Positions 48,017-55,898 of a stretch of 64,000 bases of DNA are shown one piece after another. Origin of the DNA: an uncultured Bacteroidota bacterium. GTDB lineage: Bacteria; Bacteroidota; Bacteroidia; Chitinophagales; Chitinophagaceae. The notes under the pieces were generated by a model that ran no database searches, was not told the origin of the DNA, and saw nothing but the letters and a program-made list of their open reading frames with translations. Numbering within the stretch: position 1 is the stretch's first letter; the number at the start of each line of letters is the position of its first letter. The position numbers and the translations under genes are program-made. The stretch covers positions 48,728 through 112,727 of the forward strand of contig CAISPO010000001.1 of NCBI GenBank assembly GCA_903887415.1. The letters run 5' to 3'.

Positions 48017-48757
48017 ATGCAGGACTTAATAGAAATAGAAGCGGCAAGGCTCAAATCGGTAGCACGATTCAAAGAGTTCGATTTCGACCTGGATAAAAAC
48101 CTGGACGGCATATTAAAACTTGCCGCAGATATTTATGAAACGCCGGTTGCGTTCATTACCCTTATTGATGAGCATGACCAGTGGTTTAAGGTAAAAAGGG
48201 GGTTTGATGTATCACAGATGCCCCGCGCTATATCCTTTTGTACGCACGCAATAATGCATGACGATGTAATGATCGTTCCCGATGCCAGCTTGGACAATCG
48301 CTTTACAAATAATCCGTTAGTGGCAAACGTTCCCAATGTTCGTTTTTATGCAGGCGCTCCGCTTGCAGCCCACGACGGTAATAATATTGGTACCTTATGT
48401 GTGATGGATACCGAGGTAAAGGAGATATCTGAAAATAAAAAAGTGCTGCTGGGAATACTCGCGAAACAAGCCATTCACCTCATGGAACTGGAGCTGACCT
48501 ACAAGATGCTGAATGTGAAAATGCAGCAGGTAGAAACGCAAAATAAAGCCCTCATGGATATAGCCCACATACAGTCGCATGAGTTCAGGGCGCCGCTGTG
48601 CAGCATTATGGGCCTGATGAACATTATTAAGGAAGACAAATACCGTGAGCCATACACCTACCTGGAAATGATGGACGAAGCCATAAGAACGCTGGATGAC
48701 CGGATCCATGCAGTAGTAAGGGGTACAGAAATTGCTAAGAATGCTTACGTTGCTTAG
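48017..48757 (+). CDS. GAF domain protein with HisKA (DHp) but no HATPase domain
   Basis: SFCTHAI, RFYAGAPL, GTLCV GAF motifs; SHEFRAPL H-box; stop shortly afterwards. Confidence 0.85.
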   Translation: MQDLIEIEAARLKSVARFKEFDFDLDKNLDGILKLAADIYETPVAFITLIDEHDQWFKVKRGFDVSQMPRAISFCTHAIMHDDVMIVPDASLDNRFTNNPLVANVPNVRFYAGAPLAAHDGNNIGTLCVMDTEVKEISENKKVLLGILAKQAIHLMELELTYKMLNVKMQQVETQNKALMDIAHIQSHEFRAPLCSIMGLMNIIKEDKYREPYTYLEMMDEAIRTLDDRIHAVVRGTEIAKNAYVA

Positions 48758-48760
48758 CCG

Positions 48761-49531
48761 CTATGATTTGAAAATCTGCTCTAAGACAGATGATAGCCTG
48801 ATACCAGCGATCAGCAATTGCATTTCCACAACTTTTTTGTTCTTGTCTATATATGCCTGGTCTATGGTATCGTCTTTAAAGGCATACACATTAGTGAGCA
48901 GTGAACGCGGTTCATGCGTCCAGTTCTCAACATCTATCTTTTTGAGCCCGTCTATTTCGCTTTTATTGAAATTTTTCAATTGGGCTAAGCAATCGTTCGG
49001 AGTTATTTTTTCGCTTTCAATGATCTCTGTATCCCAAACCCGGTGCAGGTTTGTAGGTTTCCCCAGGTATTTTACATGTATGTCGTTGCCGCCTTTGTCT
49101 TCCTCATAGCCTACGTGCAGCGGCATGTGCAGGTCGCCGGTGAGGTGAAAAATGATCATCAGGTCTTTTTTGATGTCATCCTTGCTCATATTGTCCCTAT
49201 GTTCCAGTTCGGTAATAGCTTTATTGAGGGCATTGATAACGTTGCCATCCTTTGTTTCTGTATATGCCTGGCCTTTTTCAATATTTACATAATGCCACGA
49301 TTTCATATAATCGTAACTGTGGTCGCTGCGCATATCGTCCATCCAGGTGCTTGCTTCTTCTATAGTTGTACTCCCTAGATATTTATGTACTGCATCCTTT
49401 GTGCTGCTATCCAGGAAATGAAAGGCGATCTCAGCTACAATACCATGTCCGATTTTGCCCCAGGCAAAAGAACGTTGGGGCACAGAAATGATGAGCGATA
49501 ACACTACGGCTAATGACAATATTTTTTTCAT
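48761..49531 (-). CDS. S1/P1 nuclease (secreted)
   Basis: Signal peptide then WGKIGH; WMDD; HLTGDLHMPLH; NLHRVWD. Confidence 0.95.
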   Translation of the reverse strand: MKKILSLAVVLSLIISVPQRSFAWGKIGHGIVAEIAFHFLDSSTKDAVHKYLGSTTIEEASTWMDDMRSDHSYDYMKSWHYVNIEKGQAYTETKDGNVINALNKAITELEHRDNMSKDDIKKDLMIIFHLTGDLHMPLHVGYEEDKGGNDIHVKYLGKPTNLHRVWDTEIIESEKITPNDCLAQLKNFNKSEIDGLKKIDVENWTHEPRSLLTNVYAFKDDTIDQAYIDKNKKVVEMQLLIAGIRLSSVLEQIFKS

Positions 49532-49572
49532 GGTTGTAAAACTATATTATACCGCTCATTCGCAATACAGTA

Positions 49573-49591
49573 TAATGTTAATTTATCATTA
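49573..49591 (-). promoter_or_regulatory. 11-bp-spaced direct repeat (TAACATTA-like) upstream of the S1/P1 nuclease gene
   Basis: Plus-strand TAATGTTA 49573 and TATCATTA 49584. Confidence 0.45.
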
Positions 49592-49618
49592 CCGTAAGAC
49601 AGAGCCAAAAGAAAATGA

Positions 49619-49646
49619 AAACCGCCCGGGCTTTACCAGGCGGTTT
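49619..49646 (-). terminator. Intrinsic terminator of the 49667-50590 gene
   Basis: aaaccgcc...ggcggttt stem; A-run on the plus strand gives a U-tract on the minus strand. Confidence 0.7.
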
Positions 49647-49666
49647 ATGTAAACATTATAGGATCT

Positions 49667-50590
49667 TTATTGTTTTACAAATTTCAGCGGGGTTACCTGC
49701 CCGGTATTTTTTTCCCTAATATTAATATAGTAATTCCCTGTTGCAAATGACGCCGTATTTATCGAGAACTGCTTGCCTGACTGTATTCCTTTGTACACAG
49801 TCTGTCCAGCGGCATCGGTTATATTAACCCACTTGGTGCCTTCTGCAGTTCCGGTAATATCAATGTTGTTGACAACCGGATTAGGGAATAATGTATATAC
49901 TGTTGTTACTTGCGAAACTGATGCAATAGCAGTGGTGCTGTGGCTGGTGTCTGTAACGCTGTCAGCATAAACAGTTATGTTATCATAACGGTCATTGCCG
50001 GAAGTGCCGGTATCGCCAATGGCAAAGTTGATCTGCACCTTGAAGTGGGGGTTATTGTTAGTCAGCGTGTCAGAAGAAAAATTAAAAGTCTCTAATTGAA
50101 AAGCATTGCTAACAGTATCCGTAGAATCAACATAATAAGTCGCAGAAGCGCTGATCGCAGTATTTATCCAGGTAGTGCCATCAACTGTATAAGTAACAAT
50201 ATTCTGCTGCGAGCCTTTTTTAGTACGCTCTACAGCGTAGGCAAGCACTATATTTTTATACCCTGTAGTTGGTATAGTGATCGTAAACGGGCCGGATGCA
50301 GGGTTGCGCAGGCGCAGAGCGGCTGCACCTGCACCTAAAGTGGTGCCATCGGCCCCAACTCCGTTAAGTGTTGTGCCTGATTGTACGGTGTCATAGTATG
50401 CGCCGGAATAGGAAAGGCCCGCGCCAGCTACTAATGAAGATGTTGGTGTCAGTGCGTCTGCAGAATCAACATTAAAATTCCAATAGTGTATCAGTGTCTG
50501 GGCTCCACTTTCCGATTTGAAAGCCAGCATTGCTCCAATGCAAAATAATAGAGTAAGTACATTTTTTTTCATAAAAGATATTTTGTGCAA
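49667..50590 (-). CDS. T9SS type A sorting domain-containing surface protein
   Basis: Signal peptide; C-terminal LFPNPV...ITDAAGQ...GNYYINI...FVKQ. Confidence 0.88.
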   Translation of the reverse strand: MHKISFMKKNVLTLLFCIGAMLAFKSESGAQTLIHYWNFNVDSADALTPTSSLVAGAGLSYSGAYYDTVQSGTTLNGVGADGTTLGAGAAALRLRNPASGPFTITIPTTGYKNIVLAYAVERTKKGSQQNIVTYTVDGTTWINTAISASATYYVDSTDTVSNAFQLETFNFSSDTLTNNNPHFKVQINFAIGDTGTSGNDRYDNITVYADSVTDTSHSTTAIASVSQVTTVYTLFPNPVVNNIDITGTAEGTKWVNITDAAGQTVYKGIQSGKQFSINTASFATGNYYINIREKNTGQVTPLKFVKQ

Positions 50591-50601
50591 AGGAATATCT
50601 C

Positions 50602-50710
50602 TAATGTTATGAGAATATTACGTAAACGTTAAGGAAAGATTGTGTAACAGCCCGCATAAAATGCAAAATGGCACAGAAGATAACACTATCTTAATGTTAA
50701 GGTAACATTG
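50602..50710. promoter_or_regulatory. Two arrays of 11-bp periodic repeats in the divergent promoter region
   Basis: TAATGTTA/GAATATTA/AAACGTTA at 50602/50613/50624; TAACACTA/TAATGTTA/TAACATTG at 50681/50692/50703. Confidence 0.5.
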
Positions 50711-50810
50711 GGTGCAGACTTTTTCGCTCGTTTGCCAATGTATCTTTACGGCTTCATTATTATTTTGACCCGGCTCCCAAGCGAAGCCTTTCAATACACT
50801 TTTCTATAAA

Positions 50811-52157
50811 ATGACTATAAAACTACCTGGATATAAAGCGCTGCTGCTCACTAGCGCCTTATTCATCGCTAACTATTGTTTTGCACAGCAAGATACACTT
50901 CGCCTCCTGTCTTATAATGTCCTTTACCTCGGCGACAACCCGCCATGCCAGGCCGCGCACAGCACAATGGAGGGATACCTGGAGACTGTTGTAGCCTATG
51001 CTAATCCTGATATTGCTGGGTTTGTAAAAATGGAGGCGATGGATGCGTCTGGAACAGCGCCTGCCCAATTTGCTGATTCGATATTGCAGGACATTTTTAA
51101 TGCCGCATACCCGGGGCGATATGCCTATTGCCCGTCCACCAATGTATCGTCTGCAGACAATATATCCATGTTATTTTACGACCAGCAGAAACTCGGTTTT
51201 GTAAATGTGCTCTGCACGTATTCCTATATTACCGACTTCGACACTTACAAGCTCTATTACAAGACGGCTAACCTCGCCACAACCCACGACAGTATCTTTT
51301 TATATGTAACCCTGAACCATACAGAATCAGGGAGTGGAAGCAGTGATGCGGCTACCAGGGGTGTGCAAATAGGAGGAGAGATGGCACAAATAGAAACACA
51401 TTTCACAACCCTGCCAAATATGGTGAATATGGGCGATTTCAATGTGCACAACAGCACGGAGGCCTGTTACCAGGCTCTTGTAGCGCCAACTAATCTTAAC
51501 TATCGCTATTATGATCCTCCCTTTTATCCCGATGCTCTTTTTTCTTACCCGGCAGACTGGGACAATAACCCTGGTGATTACGCTTATTATCTTACAACAA
51601 GCACAAGAACGGGTAGTTCACCAAATGAGTGCAGCAATGATTTTGGTGGCGGAAAATCATGGTACGACCATATTTTCCTGTCTTCAAATATCATCAATAA
51701 ATCAGACCATATCAGCTATCTGCCACATTCTTTCCATGTAATCGGCAATGACGGCGACAGGCTAGGGGTACCAGTGATAGGCCCGCCGGCTAATGTATCT
51801 GCGCCCGCAGCAGTGATCAATAGCATTTACCAGATATCGCAGCACTACCCGGTGACATTAGACCTGCTTGTAGATACTTCTGCTGTCACCTCTGCAAATA
51901 TGGTTAGCAAGGAAGAGAAAGTAACCGTAACTAACCCGGTTGAAAAGGAACTTACAATGAGATTCCCCACCAGCCTGGTGGGCAAAACCATAACTGTTCA
52001 ATGCATGGATATGTTAGGTCGTATGCAGATGAAAAGCACATTTGTGTTAACCGGTGAACTGGAACGAATACCCTGCACATTGATGCCCGGTATCTATTAC
52101 TTAGCTATATCTGCAGATGGTGAGCAGGTTTCAAAAAGGATCGTCACAAAGGAATAG
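50811..52157 (+). CDS. T9SS-secreted endonuclease/exonuclease/phosphatase (EEP) fold protein
   Basis: LLSYNV, NHT, MGDFN, YDHIF; C-terminal NPV...DMLGR...PGIYYL...KRIVTK T9SS domain. Confidence 0.8.
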   Translation: MTIKLPGYKALLLTSALFIANYCFAQQDTLRLLSYNVLYLGDNPPCQAAHSTMEGYLETVVAYANPDIAGFVKMEAMDASGTAPAQFADSILQDIFNAAYPGRYAYCPSTNVSSADNISMLFYDQQKLGFVNVLCTYSYITDFDTYKLYYKTANLATTHDSIFLYVTLNHTESGSGSSDAATRGVQIGGEMAQIETHFTTLPNMVNMGDFNVHNSTEACYQALVAPTNLNYRYYDPPFYPDALFSYPADWDNNPGDYAYYLTTSTRTGSSPNECSNDFGGGKSWYDHIFLSSNIINKSDHISYLPHSFHVIGNDGDRLGVPVIGPPANVSAPAAVINSIYQISQHYPVTLDLLVDTSAVTSANMVSKEEKVTVTNPVEKELTMRFPTSLVGKTITVQCMDMLGRMQMKSTFVLTGELERIPCTLMPGIYYLAISADGEQVSKRIVTKE

Positions 52158-52169
52158 ATCAGGCTTTAT

Positions 52170-52230
52170 AGTAGCCCCAGCCTTCAGGCTGGGGTATAGG
52201 AGTAAAATAATGGGCTGGCTTTAGCCCAGA
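52170..52230. repeat. REP-like composite
   Basis: agccccagccttcaggctgggg ... ggctttagccc. Confidence 0.55.
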
Positions 52231-52296
52231 TGCTTGCGATAGATTTAATTATCTAAAGGGACGACATTCAAAACTTGATACAGAGCGGAAAAATTC

Positions 52297-53322
52297 CTAC
52301 TGCTGGTAAGTTTCCTTATAGAATTTCTGCTCTGCAGGTGAAGGGTAAAACGGTTTTTGTGAGCGGGAGAAACGGTTCCTGTGCGAAAAGAAAAAATCGG
52401 TTATATCTCCTCCGTTTGTTTGCACAAGCACCAGGTCTGGCTCGGAGTATTTCGCTTTTTCATTCCATAATGTCACATAATCTTCTATGGTGTAAAGTAT
52501 GATCCCCGAATTCATTATTTCCGCATCAGGGAACATTTTCTCCAGCACTGCGCTGATAGTAAATTCATTATTCAGGAAAGGGCAGAAGAAAGCCGAATCA
52601 CCCATAAGCAGGATGTGTTTTTTCTTCTTGGGAAATTTTACATCATGCGTCATGCGCAGGCCCTGTGAATTAGCTACAACATGGTAAGGCATATCTTTTT
52701 CCCCATCGCGGATCTCATCGCTGCTCGGCGGCAGGTCGCCAAATGTTTCGGGGCGTTCTGAATCTTTGTAGGTTACTGTGCTTTTTACATTATAATACTT
52801 TCTGATGATCGGAGCCAGGTGGTCTGCAACAAATACAGCCCCTGCTTTGGACAAGTGTCCATCTTTGGGCACCTGTGTGAATGTATGAGGGTCCATACCT
52901 GCCAGCAGCGGCGTAAAGTCGAAGCACTCGATGCCCAGCTCGGCACAGGTGGATCTGATAAATGGCAGGCCATACCGGTTAGTATTCTGCATCCCCTTTC
53001 CCACTTCGGGCGTTAGTATCACATACACCATTTTAGCGCCTGTCCCTTCCACCAGCTTTTGCAGTTCGGCGGTTTTGTCGTGGTATCGTTGTTTCAGCTC
53101 AGCATAAACGGGTGAGCCATCTCCATTGTCCAGGATGCGCTCATCCGGTACTTTGGGGTACTGGTGGTTCAGGTCATCTATTTTTTTCTTGTTATCCTCC
53201 CGTTGTTTTTCCTGCCTGGCCTCCTGGGCATTTTCTTTCCTGGGCGCTTCCTGGGTAGTGCAACTATTCAGAAAAGGTGCAGATATTACGAGGGCAAAGG
53301 CAAATAGTTTTATCCGGTTCAT
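52297..53322 (-). CDS. Lipoprotein with circularly permuted SGNH-like domain (AlgJ/AlgX-like order)
   Basis: Lipobox LNSC; DGH (block V) precedes GDS (block I), NSG (II) and NGGD (III). Confidence 0.75.
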   Translation of the reverse strand: MNRIKLFAFALVISAPFLNSCTTQEAPRKENAQEARQEKQREDNKKKIDDLNHQYPKVPDERILDNGDGSPVYAELKQRYHDKTAELQKLVEGTGAKMVYVILTPEVGKGMQNTNRYGLPFIRSTCAELGIECFDFTPLLAGMDPHTFTQVPKDGHLSKAGAVFVADHLAPIIRKYYNVKSTVTYKDSERPETFGDLPPSSDEIRDGEKDMPYHVVANSQGLRMTHDVKFPKKKKHILLMGDSAFFCPFLNNEFTISAVLEKMFPDAEIMNSGIILYTIEDYVTLWNEKAKYSEPDLVLVQTNGGDITDFFFSHRNRFSRSQKPFYPSPAEQKFYKETYQQ

Positions 53323-53325
53323 CAG

Positions 53326-54780
53326 TTAAAATTTAAAGTAGTAATATTCTGCCGAGTTTTGTTTCTTGCTTAAATAACAAATGGAAACGCACAAAAGTAA
53401 GTATAAGCAGCTTTTTATGGCTATGTTTATTTGTTTTGCTCTTGCGGGGGATATGCATGCTCCTATATGCCATTGTCGTATATCCATAATATAAGTACCT
53501 TTTCTTTGTATCCATTCTACAGCGAACAATGGAATGCACCAAACCGCATACTTGGTTACATAGCTTTCTGGGGCGGTGAATAGGCCGGGAGATAATATAC
53601 GGCGCAGCATGGACACTGCGTCCGGTACGCTGTTTGCCCGGAAAAATACCCATCCTAGCGCAAGGAACAGAATTACAAACAGCCAGCTAACCAAGTTATA
53701 GATAACCAGTGGTATTTTCTCAGACAGCCGCTTACGCTGCTCTACGGTCAGGTATTCATATACCATTGCCACTCCATGCAGCATACCCCATACTACAAAT
53801 TGCCACCCGGCCCCATGCCAGAAGCTGCTTATGAAAAACGTTACCAGCAGGCTAACGACAATCGCCCACCTCCTCCATGTGCGGAGTGCGTAAACCATAG
53901 GGTTAAAGATGTAGCCATACAGCCAGTTGGTAAGCGATATGTGCCATCGCCGCCAGTATTCGGTAATGCTGGTGCTGTGGAACGGGACAATGAAGTTCTG
54001 TACCAGGTTGATGCCCAGCAGGCCTGCAATGCCCCGTGCCATGCTGGAATACCCCGAGAAATCGGCATAGAGCTGTATGCCGAAAAGGAAAACACCTATA
54101 GCTATTGTGCTGCCATTTAGTTCGCTATACTGGCTGAAACAATAGCTCACAGCCTTGGATATATTGTCGGCAACCACCATTTTTTTAAACAGCCCCCATA
54201 ATATTTCTCCAATAGATTCGTCTATATGGGTAAAAGTGGCATTTGCTCTGGTCTTAAACTGCGGCAATATGGTTGTTGCTGAAGGAATAGGCCCGGACAG
54301 CAGGTGAGGAAAAAAACTGATATAGGACGCATAGGTAAGGATGTTTCTCTCTGCTGGTATTTTCTCCCAGTACACATCTATTAGGTAACCGAGAATAGCG
54401 AATGTGTAAAAACTGATGCCTACCGGGACAAGCAGCGACCATGAACCGGGTAACCAGTCTCTCGATGCGTGCAATTGATTGAAAAGCGCTATAATGTATT
54501 TGGTGTATATTAACCCTGCGCTGATGATACATAGACCAATTGTCAGCAGCGCTTTTCTTTGCCTCGGTTTTTTATTCTTTTCTATGGCTGCGGCAAAACA
54601 ATAGCTGATGATAACGAGTGCCGATAAATAAATAGGAAATGAAAAATGAAGCTGGGAGTAGAAATACATGCTGGCTCCAAGCAGTAATATATTCTGAAGC
54701 GTTCGCCACTTAAAAAGCAGCCAGTACACCGCAAGCACTACAGCAAAAAATAAGGCAAACTCCTTTGTATTAAATAGCAT
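53326..54780 (-). CDS. MBOAT family O-acyltransferase (AlgI/PatA-like)
   Basis: PVGISFYTF, FFPHLLSGPI, GLFKKMVVAD, YADFSGYS, WRRWHISL, FWHGA. Confidence 0.94.
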   Translation of the reverse strand: MLFNTKEFALFFAVVLAVYWLLFKWRTLQNILLLGASMYFYSQLHFSFPIYLSALVIISYCFAAAIEKNKKPRQRKALLTIGLCIISAGLIYTKYIIALFNQLHASRDWLPGSWSLLVPVGISFYTFAILGYLIDVYWEKIPAERNILTYASYISFFPHLLSGPIPSATTILPQFKTRANATFTHIDESIGEILWGLFKKMVVADNISKAVSYCFSQYSELNGSTIAIGVFLFGIQLYADFSGYSSMARGIAGLLGINLVQNFIVPFHSTSITEYWRRWHISLTNWLYGYIFNPMVYALRTWRRWAIVVSLLVTFFISSFWHGAGWQFVVWGMLHGVAMVYEYLTVEQRKRLSEKIPLVIYNLVSWLFVILFLALGWVFFRANSVPDAVSMLRRILSPGLFTAPESYVTKYAVWCIPLFAVEWIQRKGTYIMDIRQWHIGACISPARAKQINIAIKSCLYLLLCVSICYLSKKQNSAEYYYFKF

Positions 54781-54925
54781 GCAATGGGTTGTAGCTACAA
54801 TAATACAATAAAATATTTACTGATTTTACCAGCCTTATTGCAGCAAGGCAATTCAAATCCTCGGATAAAAATATCGTTATCTTAAGCCCGAATTGGCTTA
54901 AATATAAATAGCCGTGGGTGTAACC

Positions 54926-55488
54926 CACTAGTGTTCGAAACCTTATGTTGAATTAAGCAGGTGCGGCGCCCTTGCGGGGTCACCCCCGCACAGTGACAAT
55001 TGCCTTTATTATTTCATTTTCCAATTCTAATTCAAACTTTAGTTTAGCGATTTTGAACCCTCTTTATTCGAAGAGTTTGGCAGCTATTGAAATGCTAGTG
55101 CTGTCCGCTTTGGACAAAGCTTTTTCCTCTTTGAGCTCTTTGTTGTAGATAGAATATATGCTAAACAGCTTTTCAAAATAGTCAACATCAATTGTACAAA
55201 TGCGATCTCGAATTGAGTTATACTTACCATCTAAAATGTCAAATTGAGAGAAAGACTTGAATTGCGCTGACTGCAGAAAAGTTTCCATCACACGTAAACT
55301 GAGTTTCTCAGAATTAAGCATAGAAAACAATAGCAGCTTAAATATGATTTCTCCTGACAGTTTCTTCACTTGGGAGTCAATCTTGTTTTCAATGGCTAAA
55401 TCTCTAAACATGTTGGATGGAATAAGCCTAAGAAGATCATTCGTAGTCATATGCAAATTTGACACCTGCAAGGTTTCAAACACTAGTG
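54926..55488 (-). mobile_element. 563-bp internally deleted IS4-family element
   Basis: 19-bp terminal inverted repeats CACTAGTGTT(C/T)GAAACCTT; 9-bp flanking direct repeats ggtgtaacc / ggtgaaacc. Confidence 0.85.
54943..55450 (-). pseudogene. IS4 transposase remnant (N-terminus through the first DST motif joined to a degraded C-terminus)
   Basis: MTTNDLLRLIP...KLSGEIIFKLLLFS...KADSTS..KLFE*, then in-frame RGFKIAKLKFELELENEIIKAIV and frameshifted CGGDPARAPHLLNST*. Confidence 0.8.
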
Positions 55489-55625
55489 GGTGAAACCCAC
55501 GGAAAAAAGTAAAAAACCATCACAACCCAGAAAGGGTTGAATATGAAATACGCAAGCGCAAATTTGAAACGCGGGAGCGAACACATTGGTCAGCCCCTAC
55601 GGAATAATTATCCTATCTTTGTGCC

Positions 55626-55707
55626 GGTGCCAAACCTCGGGCTGCAACGGGTAAGCAATTACCAGGCTTGCAGCACCAACAAAGCCTCTGTGAAAACGGA
55701 GGCTTTT
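55626..55707 (+). ncRNA. Small RNA with its own promoter and terminator (Flavo-1-like motif, tentative)
   Basis: TATCTTTG -7 box at 55614; GCCAAA...GCUGCAA/UUGCAGC stem enclosing a GGUAA-GCAA-UUACC hairpin; terminator aaagcctc...gaggctttt. Confidence 0.6.
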
Positions 55708-55859
55708 GTGTACCCCAACCCCCTGAAGGGGGCTTCACTTATGAATATATCTTCAACGTAGATACATAACACCAGCTAAAGTGGTAGAGTTACAAACGAC
55801 AGAAACAATATTGCCCAATTATTATTCTGTGATGAAATTACAACCATAGCTAAATGCAT

Positions 55860-55894
55860 GGTTCCCCGGAACAAGGTCCCGATTTTTATCGGGA
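55860..55894. repeat. 36-bp dispersed repeat, copy 3 (1-nt deletion)
   Basis: ggttccccggaacaaggtcccgatttttatcggga. Confidence 0.85.
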
Positions 55895-55898
55895 GGGG

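Noticed and set aside
55537-55761. 74-aa ORF after the IS element
   Set aside because: It runs across a promoter, the structured RNA, a terminator and a REP; it has no protein-like features.
39488-55894. 36-bp repeat as a CRISPR direct repeat
   Set aside because: Copies are dispersed kilobases apart, with no spacer array or cas genes.
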